Assembly (NCBI GenBank): GCA_963667015.2
Contig: CAXXJJ010000004.1
Span: 3,712,001 to 3,776,000 of the forward strand
Reading direction: 5' to 3'
From: Desulfatiglandales bacterium
GTDB taxonomy: Bacteria > Desulfobacterota > DSM-4660 > Desulfatiglandales > HGW-15
DNA: 64,000 bases
Below the pieces are notes generated by a model. The model had not been told where the DNA came from, made no database searches, and was given only the letters and a program-made list of their open reading frames with translations. A program made the position numbers and the translations under genes. Position 1 is the stretch's first letter. Each line of letters opens with the position of its first letter. Shown here one piece after another: positions 17,593 through 27,017 of this stretch.

Positions 17593-17652
17593 ATTTAAAT
17601 AAACTACCTCACCCTAAGCAGCGGGGCATCAAGTAATGAAAATCTGTTTAAT

Positions 17653-17695
17653 CGTCGCAAGCGACGAGGTATTATACCTTGCGCTTCGCAATAAA
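17653..17695 (+). repeat. Short intergenic REP-like element, also at 30423-30465
   Basis: CGTCGCAAGCGACGAGGTATTATACCTTGCGCTTCGCAATAAA, 39/43 identical to the second copy. Confidence 0.8.
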
Positions 17696-17958
17696 AAAAT
17701 TCATATCGGGATATATAAGGTAAAATAGGGGGTATTTTTTCTAATTTGTTGACTAAATATTTGCTAACACATTAACATCCTACCTCAGTTGCTAACTCTA
17801 AAATAAATATTCTGGAAACAAGTCCAACTTAATACCGTTAAGTTGACATTTAATTGTGAGTTTAAATCCTACCTTTTGTATTATATTTAACAAAAAAAAT
17901 TCATTAATATTATCTAGATAAAGGAACTTTTTGGATTGTTGAGGCTTTCTAAACAACA

Positions 17959-18732
17959 TTACCATGATGGAACATATTCTTTTCCATCACATGAAATATA
18001 TAAATCTCCATACTCATTTTTAGGATATTCATAAAATGTATCTACGCCACAACTTACAATAAAAATAGGGTATTTATTTTTATAATAATATAAATACCCT
18101 CTATTCTCACGTCTTTCAAATTTTAAAAAAGTAGCATTCTTAAATAATTGCAAACTCCAACCAGGGATACCTTGCTCATATAAATTTTCTATGAAGGTAA
18201 ACGATCTAATCCCATAACTAATCATTTTATCAATATAAGTTTTTATCCAAATTTCGTTGAGCTTTTCTGTTTTTTTCAACACACAGTTAGCTTGCATCAA
18301 AACATTATACTTTGAACATTTTCCTATATTAAAAGCTATTTGATTAAGATGATAGTTTTTTTGGTTAGTTAATTGTTGATAGACCAAATTTTGAAAGGAT
18401 GGAATACTAACGTTTACCTGCGTTAATCCAGCTTTATAAAGCCGCTGGAAAAGCTCTACGTTTAGCAAACTACCATTTGTTACTAAAATCTTTTCAGGAA
18501 AGTCTATAGGTGAAAAATATTCATGTAAAGTTCTAAACATACATGGCTCACCCCCTGAAATAACAAGTCCTCCAAATGTCTGATCCCTGTCAATAATCTG
18601 ATTAATTTTTTTCTTAAATTCCATGGGAGTAATTAGATTTATATCTGGTGATGAAATACAACCTTCATGATGGCAGTAAATACAATTGTAGTTACAGATA
18701 TGAGTTGGTAAAATAAATCTAATTCTCCTCAC
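17959..18732 (-). CDS. Short radical SAM enzyme (MoaA/viperin-like N-terminus)
   Basis: CNYNCIYCHHEG, ISGGEP, VTNG, VNVSI; 257 aa; GTG start overlaps the HD gene. Confidence 0.88.
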   Translation of the reverse strand: MRRIRFILPTHICNYNCIYCHHEGCISSPDINLITPMEFKKKINQIIDRDQTFGGLVISGGEPCMFRTLHEYFSPIDFPEKILVTNGSLLNVELFQRLYKAGLTQVNVSIPSFQNLVYQQLTNQKNYHLNQIAFNIGKCSKYNVLMQANCVLKKTEKLNEIWIKTYIDKMISYGIRSFTFIENLYEQGIPGWSLQLFKNATFLKFERRENRGYLYYYKNKYPIFIVSCGVDTFYEYPKNEYGDLYISCDGKEYVPSW

Positions 18733-19381
18733 TATAGTCCTCTTTTATTTCTTTTATAAATTGAACAGTAAATTTTTTCATGAAATCAATTCTCTGTGAT
18801 GCTATTTCTCTACTTTTCTTGAAATGCAACCAATCATATATTTTAAAAAGTTTGTCATAAAAATGTGTTAACGTTGATCTGCTAACTATCGAAGGATCAT
18901 AATTTTCAATGATCATAGGATCAAGTTCATCATACATCGGCACACCAAAATATCCTCCAAAAGTGAACGTGCGGCCAATTCCAATAGCCCCTATTGCATC
19001 AATCCTGTCTGCATCTTGGAGGATTTTCAACTCATGCACCGGTATATCAGTATCAATTATTTTCTCTAAAGATAGCGACTCATGGTGTTGAATGATCTGT
19101 ACAATCTGTTTGTCGTAAGGATGAGATAACTTTGATAAAATTTCTTGAGCGATAACTCTTGATTTCACTGGGTGGTCATTGTATCTTCGATCCGACATTG
19201 AAATGTCGTGGAGGAGAATTGCAGGAATGACAATAGAAGGATTTCCTCCATGAGTATTCATAATCTCTTTTGCAATTCCGATAACTCTTTTTATGTGCAA
19301 GTAATCGTGACCAGATGATTCATTCCCCATCTTTTTTTTTACAATAGACTCAATTTTTTTAGTTAAATCATCTTCTTTCAT
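18719..19381 (-). CDS. HD-domain phosphohydrolase (YedJ/YpgQ-like)
   Basis: GHDYLHIKRV, LLHD, QDADRIDAIGAIGIGRTF, HFYDKL. Confidence 0.9.
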   Translation of the reverse strand: MKEDDLTKKIESIVKKKMGNESSGHDYLHIKRVIGIAKEIMNTHGGNPSIVIPAILLHDISMSDRRYNDHPVKSRVIAQEILSKLSHPYDKQIVQIIQHHESLSLEKIIDTDIPVHELKILQDADRIDAIGAIGIGRTFTFGGYFGVPMYDELDPMIIENYDPSIVSRSTLTHFYDKLFKIYDWLHFKKSREIASQRIDFMKKFTVQFIKEIKEDYSEEN

Positions 19382-19431
19382 CTTATTTCCATATATTAGG
19401 TAAATTACCTATGAATATTTTATGTGAAAAT

Positions 19432-20259
19432 TTAATTTCTTTTTTTATTAAGCGCTTCTATTTTATCATCGTTCAATTCTAATAATGGGTGGATTTGTAT
19501 ACCATGTGCCATTAAATCTTCTTTTGCTTTTCCTTCCTCTCTGTAAAAAATTAAAATGGCGTTGGTTAGCTTTAGTTCATATCTTTCTTTTATAACATCA
19601 GCTGATACTTTAATCATACGGCCATTTGTTGTGCTGTCGTCAACGAAAATCACTTCGGAATTTTTTTGAGGAATAATACCCTCAACTTGAATTTCGTTTC
19701 TCTGAGATTTTATATAAGTCTCATCACTAATGACTACGAGTGGCTTTTTTAATTTTTTTGCAACTTCGTACGCTAAAGAAAAACTGCCAGTTCTGTGGCA
19801 ACAAATAGCACTACAATTCGATATTGATTTATATAGGTTATCGCTATACTTAGACTTGGATTTCAATGCGGTAAAAAAAAGATCTGCGAGATATTCTGCA
19901 AAACATGGATCTAACAGCTTTTTTCTTAGATTCACAAAGTTTCTAATTTTAGTCTTTCCTAGCTTACCAACAAGGTGTTCCCCAGGTTCTACTGAATCGA
20001 GAACGATTTCTTTTAATGTCGTCTCCACTTCAGTAAATTTATATTTTGGCAATTCCTGTTCTATTCCAATACATTCATAGTATCTTAATTTTGCCAAAAT
20101 ATCTGGCACTTGACTTCTCAATATTTCTATATCTCTACTATTAAAAAGTTTTTGAAGTTTAAGTGGCATAGGAAGGAATCTAGTTATGAGATTAAGGATT
20201 GTAGAAATTGCTAAGATTGTTAATATGATAAATGTTACATATTCGTTAACAGTACTCAA
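19432..20259 (-). CDS. Type I phosphoribosyltransferase (OPRT-like) with N-terminal transmembrane helix
   Basis: PRPP loop VIFVDDSTTNG, YREEG, hydrophobic residues ~8-29; TTG start after GGAGG. Confidence 0.8.
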   Translation of the reverse strand: MSTVNEYVTFIILTILAISTILNLITRFLPMPLKLQKLFNSRDIEILRSQVPDILAKLRYYECIGIEQELPKYKFTEVETTLKEIVLDSVEPGEHLVGKLGKTKIRNFVNLRKKLLDPCFAEYLADLFFTALKSKSKYSDNLYKSISNCSAICCHRTGSFSLAYEVAKKLKKPLVVISDETYIKSQRNEIQVEGIIPQKNSEVIFVDDSTTNGRMIKVSADVIKERYELKLTNAILIFYREEGKAKEDLMAHGIQIHPLLELNDDKIEALNKKRN

Positions 20260-20309
20260 TTTATTTAACCTCCGTCAATTTAGCTGAGATCCAATCTGAA
20301 AAAATAAAA

Positions 20310-20500
20310 TGGAGTAAAATACTCAGAGTCTAAATCGTTTAATACTCTTATATTTAACGATTTATTCTTCCAATGCTCATAGGATTTGTAGCAGATAATT
20401 TTATAATACAATCTCTATCAGATGATATCTTAGTGCCTTTAAATACAGCTCTCTGACCTGATTGAGGAAGTCTACTACTAATTTTAAAATCTAAATCAAG
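20310..20500 (-). pseudogene. Decayed Ser/Thr kinase N-lobe fragment
   Basis: LPQSGQRAVFKG...CIIKL...GRINR* then, after a frameshift, IRVLNDLDSEYF; resembles Gly-loop, VAIK Lys and alphaC (Glu codon now TAA). Confidence 0.55.
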
Positions 20501-20758
20501 AAAATACAGGTTACTGCACTAATACATCAATGTTTTCTATAATCGATTTTTAGAAAGTAAAAAAAGCTGATAAATCAAATTAATGTGAAAATTTAAATAC
20601 ATTCTTGACTGTTGACCAAATCATTTAGCAACTTGCAGATATGAAAATGTTATTAATATAGAATGGCAATACTACAAAGGTTCTTAGCTTTCATATAACT
20701 CTAAGAGCCTTTATTTTCAATGGATGTTTGTCTTAAAACTTTAAAAGCTTTATTTATG

Positions 20759-20835
20759 TGGTCGGGATGAGAGGATTTGAACCTCCGACCCCCGCGTCCC
20801 GAACGCGGTGCTCTACCAGGCTGAGCCACATCCCG
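20759..20835 (-). tRNA. tRNA-Pro (anticodon CGG)
   Basis: Minus strand CGGGATG...CCGCG-TTCGGGA-CGCGG...GGTTCAAATCC...CATCCCGACCA; 77 nt with encoded CCA. Confidence 0.97.
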
Positions 20836-20879
20836 ATCAGGAAAGTACATATATCTTATTCGTATTTTTCAGGCAAGCT

Positions 20880-21455
20880 TTAATTTTCATTAAGAAGACG
20901 AACAAATTTATTCATTATTATTGCTGTCGCTCCCCATATGGTTACATCATCATATCTGTACCCCGGGCCATTATATGTGAATGTCTCAAACTCGATGGAA
21001 TTTAAATGCCGGTCAGAATTTTCATCAAAAAACAGATCAAGGGGGACTGAAATAATCCTTTCCACTTCATTCTCATTGATTTCAAAGTCATATGGATGGG
21101 GAATTTTGCCGACGAAAGGATGGACAATGAAATTTGTAGCCACGGTCAATTCATCATCAAGCCGACCCAGGACCTTTACATCTTCCGGCAACAGGCCCAC
21201 TTCCTCAAACGACTCCCGTAATGCGGTCTCCTCAAAATCCCTGTCGTCCGGTTCTACAACACCTCCCGGAAAGGAGATTTGCCCCTTATGATGTTCTACC
21301 TTATGGGTTCTTTCTGTGAAAAGCACTTTGTACCCATTGCCCGACTTAAATATCGGGATCAGCACAGAAGCGTGGATTAAATTTTCGGACCTGTTATCAA
21401 TTATTTTGGGGTTTCTGCTGTTAAGTGCAGACCTGATTTTCTCTGTAATGCTCAT
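20880..21455 (-). CDS. NUDIX hydrolase, CoA pyrophosphatase (NudL-like)
   Basis: HKGQISFPGG, ALRESFEEVG, IWGATA. Confidence 0.92.
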   Translation of the reverse strand: MSITEKIRSALNSRNPKIIDNRSENLIHASVLIPIFKSGNGYKVLFTERTHKVEHHKGQISFPGGVVEPDDRDFEETALRESFEEVGLLPEDVKVLGRLDDELTVATNFIVHPFVGKIPHPYDFEINENEVERIISVPLDLFFDENSDRHLNSIEFETFTYNGPGYRYDDVTIWGATAIIMNKFVRLLNEN

Positions 21456-21538
21456 TTTAACAACTCACTTATTCTCTAAAAATATAATTTATAATATTTT
21501 TAGATTGAAAATGTCCATTACAATCAGGAATGACAGAA

Positions 21539-24031
21539 TTATAGATATTTTTCTATTACTTTAATGAGATTATCCGGCTTTATAGGTTTTGGAATATATG
21601 AGTTCATGCCGGCTCTTATGCACTTTTCCCTGTCTCCTTTCATTGCATGAGCAGTCATGGCAATTATTGGAACATAGCGGTTTATTACCTTTGATTTCTC
21701 ACTTCTTATAGCTTTAGTTGCCTCAAAACCATCCATCTCAGGCATTTGAACATCCATAAAGACAATATCATACCTGAAACTTTCGAGTGATTTTACTGCC
21801 TCTTTTCCATTTGCAACTGCATCGACTTTAAACCCGAATTTTTCAATCATTTTTTTCACCAGCCGCTGATTCACAATATTATCCTCTACAAGAAGTATGC
21901 GGAGCCTGGTAATTTTTTCTTCAAAAACGCTGTATTTTGTAACTATTTGAGTTTTTTCAGGTATTTTCTCTCTATTATCATTCGCCAGAACAGACATAAT
22001 ACAGTCAAATAACTGTGAACGGCGTACAGGTTTAGTCAGGTATGCAGCATATCCTATTTTTTCCATCCTTGAAGCATCGCCACGCATGCCCTGGGAACTC
22101 AACATAACCATTTTGGTATCTTTTAAGGCAGGATCATTTTTGATAATTTTACCCAGTTCTGCGCCATCCATTCCCGGCATTCGCATATCCAGTATGGCAA
22201 CATCAAAGGGTGAATTGACCTTCGCGACCGCTTTCATCAGGGAAAGGGCCACATGGCCTGAATCCGCCATATCACAAAGACAGCCCCATGATTCAAGATA
22301 ACCGCTTAACACATCAAGGTTTGTTTTATTGTCATCAACAATCAAAAACCGTTTTCCCTTTAAATCCACGGGAATCACCGGTAATTCTTCGTGTGCATTT
22401 GGCTGTTTTTCAAAAAGTGCTGTAAACCAGAATGTAGATCCCTTGCCGATCTCACTTTCCACGCCTATTTCTCCGCCCATCAATTCGGCAAGTCTTTTTG
22501 AGATACTGAGCCCAAGACCGGTTCCGCCGTATAATCTTGTCGTGGAGGAATCTGACTGTTTGAATGATTCGAAGATTGTGTCAAACCTGTCTTCCGGAAT
22601 GCCAATACCTGTATCTTTTACCTTGAATAACACCCTGGCATGGGTTGCTGTTTCCTCCTGAAGAAAAATGCCAATAACAACCTCACCCTCACTGGTAAAT
22701 TTGATTGCGTTCCCGGTTAAGTTCAGGAGGATCTGCCTGAGCCTGCCAGGGTCACCTTTGAGCAGAGGAGGGACATCATAGTGTATTGAATAGATGAATT
22801 CCAGCCCTTTTTCATGGGCATACATTGCCGGAACCTCAACCATTTCGGCAATGGCACTTCTTAAATTGAAATTAAGCAGTTCAAGATCAAGCTCCCCTGC
22901 CTCAATCTTTGAAAAATCCAGGATATCATTGATTATAGTAAGCAGGCTGTCCGAGCTTCTTCTCCCCGTTTCGATCAGGTCAAGCTGTTCACTTCTTGAT
23001 TCGGTACCTGGCAGCAGATTCAGCACTCCCATAATACCGTTTAACGGGGTTCTTATCTCATGACTCATGTTTGCGAGAAACTCACTCTTTGCCTGATTAG
23101 CGGCTTCGGCGGCCTCTTTTGCCGCTAATATTTCCTCATTTACTCTCTTCCTTCCGGTGATATCACGGGTAATTACTATTGTGGATCTCTTTCCCTTGTA
23201 CTTTGCAAGAGTTACTGAGACCTCAACATGTATGACCGATCCGTCTTTTCTCAGTCCTTTGTGTTCATAGCTCTGCCCGGCTATTTCTCCTCTTTCTCTT
23301 TTTTCACCCATTTTCAAGACTTTTGCACGATCATCTGGATGAATCAGATCCTGAACCGGGATTTTTAAAAACTCTTCTTCTGTTTTATAACCATAAATAT
23401 CAGCCAGTCTCTTGTTTGAATATACATGGGCCCCATCCTGATAAATGGCAATCCCGTCATTTGCATTTTCAACTACTATGCGGAACAGTTCTTCGCTTTC
23501 AGCAAGTTCATCCTGGATACGTTTCCTGTCCCTGATCTCCTTTTTAAGCTTATTGTTGGCTGATTTTAATTCTCCAGTCCTTTCTTCAATCAAACTTTCA
23601 AGGTTCTCATGAGCCTTCTGTAATTGCGCCTGGGCAAGTTTTCTCTTTGATATATCTATATAAAATGTATATGCACCAACTATGACGCCATCCTTTGTTA
23701 TAGGCGAAACCCTGCACTCGACATCAATATTTGATCCATCCTTTCTTTTTCTGATTGTTTCATATTCAATCCTTTCACCCTTATCGACCCTTTCCCTGAT
23801 TTTCATTGATGTCTCCAGGGGTCTATTCTCCAGCATGATGAGGTCAGTTATTTTTGATCCAACCGATTCTTCAGATGTGTAGCCGAACATCTCGGTAAAT
23901 TCACGATTTATGCCATGAACAACCAGATCATTATCTGCTATAACAATAGCTACCTGTGCATTTTCAAGCAGTTGTGCAAGTGTTTCAGGATCGCTGAAAT
24001 GCATAGGCGTTGAGCCCCCGTTCTTCGGCAT
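21539..24031 (-). CDS. Hybrid histidine kinase (PAS-PAS-HisKA-HATPase-REC-REC)
   Basis: FLANMSHEIRTPLNG, NLTGNAIKFT, GGTGLGL, two receiver domains (LDMRMP, MDVQMP). Confidence 0.95.
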   Translation of the reverse strand: MPKNGGSTPMHFSDPETLAQLLENAQVAIVIADNDLVVHGINREFTEMFGYTSEESVGSKITDLIMLENRPLETSMKIRERVDKGERIEYETIRKRKDGSNIDVECRVSPITKDGVIVGAYTFYIDISKRKLAQAQLQKAHENLESLIEERTGELKSANNKLKKEIRDRKRIQDELAESEELFRIVVENANDGIAIYQDGAHVYSNKRLADIYGYKTEEEFLKIPVQDLIHPDDRAKVLKMGEKRERGEIAGQSYEHKGLRKDGSVIHVEVSVTLAKYKGKRSTIVITRDITGRKRVNEEILAAKEAAEAANQAKSEFLANMSHEIRTPLNGIMGVLNLLPGTESRSEQLDLIETGRRSSDSLLTIINDILDFSKIEAGELDLELLNFNLRSAIAEMVEVPAMYAHEKGLEFIYSIHYDVPPLLKGDPGRLRQILLNLTGNAIKFTSEGEVVIGIFLQEETATHARVLFKVKDTGIGIPEDRFDTIFESFKQSDSSTTRLYGGTGLGLSISKRLAELMGGEIGVESEIGKGSTFWFTALFEKQPNAHEELPVIPVDLKGKRFLIVDDNKTNLDVLSGYLESWGCLCDMADSGHVALSLMKAVAKVNSPFDVAILDMRMPGMDGAELGKIIKNDPALKDTKMVMLSSQGMRGDASRMEKIGYAAYLTKPVRRSQLFDCIMSVLANDNREKIPEKTQIVTKYSVFEEKITRLRILLVEDNIVNQRLVKKMIEKFGFKVDAVANGKEAVKSLESFRYDIVFMDVQMPEMDGFEATKAIRSEKSKVINRYVPIIAMTAHAMKGDREKCIRAGMNSYIPKPIKPDNLIKVIEKYL

Positions 24032-24034
24032 TAT

Positions 24035-25261
24035 TTAACCTCTCTTATTAAAATCTTTTTTAATAAGGACAAATAATTCGCCCTCCTGTTTCATGTGTCC
24101 TGCGGCAAGCTCGGCATATTTTCCACTGCCCCAGAAAATATCCGCCCTGCCGGCTCCGGTTATTGCACCGCCCGTGTCCTGATTGATTATAAACCTTGAG
24201 AATTTCTCCCATTTTTCTATTTTGCCATTGATGTTTTCAACAGGCTTCTCGCTTTTAATAAAACAGAGCGCCCCCTTTGGAAAAAGTCTTGAATCGAGTG
24301 CGATTGACCTGCCTGGTGTTAGAGGGACACCGATATTACCCAGGGGACCTCTTTCAAGAATCCTGAAAAAAACATATGAAGGATTATAGTTCAGGGTTTC
24401 ATCCACAATTTCGGGATGCCCGGAGAGATAGCTCCGGATACCCTGCATGGACATCTCTTCCTTTGTCATATATTCCTTATCAATCAGATACTTACCGATA
24501 CTTTTATATGACCTCCCGTTTGAGGCATGATAGCCGACAGCAAGAAGGCTTCCGTCGTTCATTTTCAATCGCCCGGAACCCTGAATCTGAAGAAAGGCAA
24601 CATCAACGGGATCTTTCAGCCATGCAATCTCAAGATTCTTATTTTCAAGTATTTTCTGATGTTCTATCTCCATCCTGGTGTAATAGGGAATCACCTGTTT
24701 ATCTTCAACCCTGGCAATAATACTTTCTCCGTTATATTTATCCTTGAAAAGGGATAGATCTATTTTAATCAGATCTTCAGGCAGGCTGTATAATGGAAAC
24801 TTATATTCCTTATCAGGGGTTATTCGGGCATCATATACCGGCTCAAAATACCCGGTAAAAAGAACCTCTTTGTTTCCGGCCCGCCCGGCAGCCCGGTACA
24901 GGATAAAATTCTTTTTTATTTTTTCCTTAATCTCTTTTTGATCGTGAGTATTTTTCAGGATATCAAGCAGGGTTTCCTGGGTTTCGATAACCTGATCCCT
25001 GTTATACTCATGGGGGCCGTATTTAAAAGTCTGATCCGGTGTAAGCCTGTTTAGATACTCAAGATTATTTACTGCGGCCTGTTCAAGAGACGTTAAATCC
25101 ATATCATCTAAAAAATCCGGATAAAAAAAGCGTATCTGAACAAGCGTATCATTGGGAGTAGCAGCCTCCTTCCTGAGTGTCGGCTGACAGCCGTTCAGTA
25201 TGAGTGCAAGAAACAGGATGACTAACAGGTTTATTTTATGCCTTGAGAGTGTAACAGGAAT
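24035..25261 (-). CDS. mltA: Membrane-bound lytic murein transglycosylase A; probable ATT start at 25261
   Basis: FTGYFEP, LQIQGSG, NPSYVFF, QDTGGAI, RADIFWG; the frame extends upstream of Met 25102 through a lipobox (LILNGC). Confidence 0.9.
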   Translation of the reverse strand: MPVTLSRHKINLLVILFLALILNGCQPTLRKEAATPNDTLVQIRFFYPDFLDDMDLTSLEQAAVNNLEYLNRLTPDQTFKYGPHEYNRDQVIETQETLLDILKNTHDQKEIKEKIKKNFILYRAAGRAGNKEVLFTGYFEPVYDARITPDKEYKFPLYSLPEDLIKIDLSLFKDKYNGESIIARVEDKQVIPYYTRMEIEHQKILENKNLEIAWLKDPVDVAFLQIQGSGRLKMNDGSLLAVGYHASNGRSYKSIGKYLIDKEYMTKEEMSMQGIRSYLSGHPEIVDETLNYNPSYVFFRILERGPLGNIGVPLTPGRSIALDSRLFPKGALCFIKSEKPVENINGKIEKWEKFSRFIINQDTGGAITGAGRADIFWGSGKYAELAAGHMKQEGELFVLIKKDFNKRG

Positions 25262-25508
25262 GATATTCCCCTTTCCTATAATATGTTGAATTTATTTTCG
25301 CTATCATATATACAGGTCCGGAACGATACAAGCAAATTTCCTGAATCTTGAACTGTAGCTTTTTTTCAACGGCCATAAAAACTGTGTTATTTAAGCCACA
25401 CTTATTATCTTTTCGTCAGGCTTTAACAGTATTTATACAAAAAAATAACCATTAAATAACACTTTAATTTCAGTGTGTTAAATGGGCACTATGTGGTTTT
25501 CATCATTC

Positions 25509-25524
25509 TGGCATTTTATTTGCA
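25509..25524 (+). promoter_or_regulatory. Sigma-54 -24/-12 promoter upstream of lpxC
   Basis: TGGCAT-TTTAT-TTGCA matches TGGCAC-N5-TTGCW spacing, 36 nt before the start. Confidence 0.7.
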
Positions 25525-25560
25525 AATATCTACCACGGTTTATATGAGAGGGAGAATATC

Positions 25561-26490
25561 GTGGGTTTTAGACAGCGAACTTTAAGTGACAGTATTAGCT
25601 GCACAGGAATTGGATTACATTCAGGTAAAAAGGTCAGGATGACAATTAAGCCGGCTCCTCCTGATACAGGCATCAGATTCATCAGAAAAGATCTTCCGGG
25701 CAAACGGATGATCAGGGCCTATTTTGACAGTGTTATTAACACTACCTTGTGCACAGTTATCGGCAGCAATGGCAACCATGTCTCTACTATCGAGCATCTT
25801 ATGGCGGCTTTTTTCGGTTTTGGAATAGACAATGCTATAGTTGAGATAGACGGGCCGGAAGTACCTATTATGGATGGAAGTGCGGCCCCCTTTATTTTTC
25901 TGTTAAAAAATACGGGCATTAAGGAACAGCGAAAACCCAAAGAGTTCATTTTAATCAAAAAGACTATCCATGTTGAGGAAGGCAACAGATCAATAACCAT
26001 TAAACCTTCCAGAGAGTTAAAGGTAACCTTTACAATTGACTTTCACCATCCTCTCATCAGCAATCAGAAATATAATTTTTCCTTTTCAGGAAAAAACTTT
26101 ATTGATGAAATCAGCCGTGCAAGGACCTTTGGATTTCTAAAGGATATAGAAACATTAAGAGACGCCGGGCTCGCCAGGGGCGGTTCCCTTGACAATGCAA
26201 TCGTAATAGATGATTTCAGGGTGCTGAATGAAGACGGCCTGAGATATTCCGATGAATTTGTGAGACACAAAATACTCGATTTCCTGGGTGATATTGCAGT
26301 TATGGGAGCACCGATAATTGGCCATTTTATTGTAAATAGATCAGGGCATTCCCTTAATCATGCCATGCTGAAAAAGCTGTCTTCCAATAAAAAATACTGG
26401 AAAAGAATCACACTGGAAGAGCCGGGGCAGGTGTCAAGGGAAAGCTTTACAATACCGGCCTTTGGGCCCATGGAACCTGTTCCGGTTTGA
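25561..26490 (+). CDS. lpxC: UDP-3-O-acyl-GlcNAc deacetylase
   Basis: GIGLHSG, TIEHLMAA, ARTFGF, RHKILD, SGH. Confidence 0.97.
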   Translation: MGFRQRTLSDSISCTGIGLHSGKKVRMTIKPAPPDTGIRFIRKDLPGKRMIRAYFDSVINTTLCTVIGSNGNHVSTIEHLMAAFFGFGIDNAIVEIDGPEVPIMDGSAAPFIFLLKNTGIKEQRKPKEFILIKKTIHVEEGNRSITIKPSRELKVTFTIDFHHPLISNQKYNFSFSGKNFIDEISRARTFGFLKDIETLRDAGLARGGSLDNAIVIDDFRVLNEDGLRYSDEFVRHKILDFLGDIAVMGAPIIGHFIVNRSGHSLNHAMLKKLSSNKKYWKRITLEEPGQVSRESFTIPAFGPMEPVPV

Positions 26491-26532
26491 GGGAACTTTA
26501 AAAACATATACCAATAAGCCATATCCCGGGTT

Positions 26533-26720
26533 TTCCTGGGCACCGGCAAGGAGTTAGATACCGGCAAGCTGAAGCTGTAAAATCCATCGCATCATGCGGG
26601 AAAATACAGACAGGGCTTACATTAAGTACGCCACAGGGAGAGGCGACCGAATATAACAATATCAACTGCAGCTCCTTAAATCCTTCAGCGGGGTGATAAC
26701 GCCTTGCGGGTGCCCGGGAA
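26533..26720. repeat. ~190-bp long imperfect inverted repeat (MITE-like element or structured RNA)
   Basis: TTCCTGGGCACC-GCAAGG / CCTTGC-GGTGCCCGGGAA outer stem and GCTGAAG/CTTCAGC inner stem; followed by T8. Confidence 0.6.
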
Positions 26721-26734
26721 TTTTTTTTAGAGGT

Positions 26735-26866
26735 GGTTTCTAAACGTTTAAGTTTGAGCAAGGGCAAGGAAGACGAAAATTTTAACCACAGGAATACACG
26801 TAGTATTTTGAGGATTATAATTTGAGTCTGACACAGACATTGCTCAAAATCGGGCGTTTTGAAACC
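26735..26866. repeat. MITE-like element with imperfect terminal inverted repeats
   Basis: GGTTTCTAAACG..TTTGAGCAA / TTGCTCAAAA..CGTTTTGAAACC; no coding capacity. Confidence 0.65.
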
Positions 26867-26937
26867 GGATCAATAGTATTGCATTTCCGACACTCCTTGG
26901 TTATCATATTTTTTTTGTATAATTCATTAAAGAATAA

Positions 26938-26974
26938 ATACCGGCAGCACTCCCTTGGGGGGTGTTGCCGGTAT
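26938..26974. terminator. GC-rich hairpin upstream of the NtrY-like kinase
   Basis: ATACCGGCAGCACTCC / GGGGTGTTGCCGGTAT arms. Confidence 0.5.
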
Positions 26975-27017
26975 ATTCCGCTTTATTGTTTAAATCTAAT
27001 CCAGGGATTACTTGTTA

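Noticed and set aside
17959..18732. Calling the rSAM moaA or a viperin
   Set aside because: It lacks MoaA's C-terminal cluster motif and moa context, and viperin-specific motifs cannot be confirmed by eye; left as unassigned rSAM.
17600..20835. Integrative element with att duplication of the tRNA-Pro 3' end
   Set aside because: No integrase and no second copy of the tRNA end found by eye; only composition and position support an islet.
20808..21005. 65-aa plus-strand ORF
   Set aside because: Antisense to the tRNA and the NUDIX gene.
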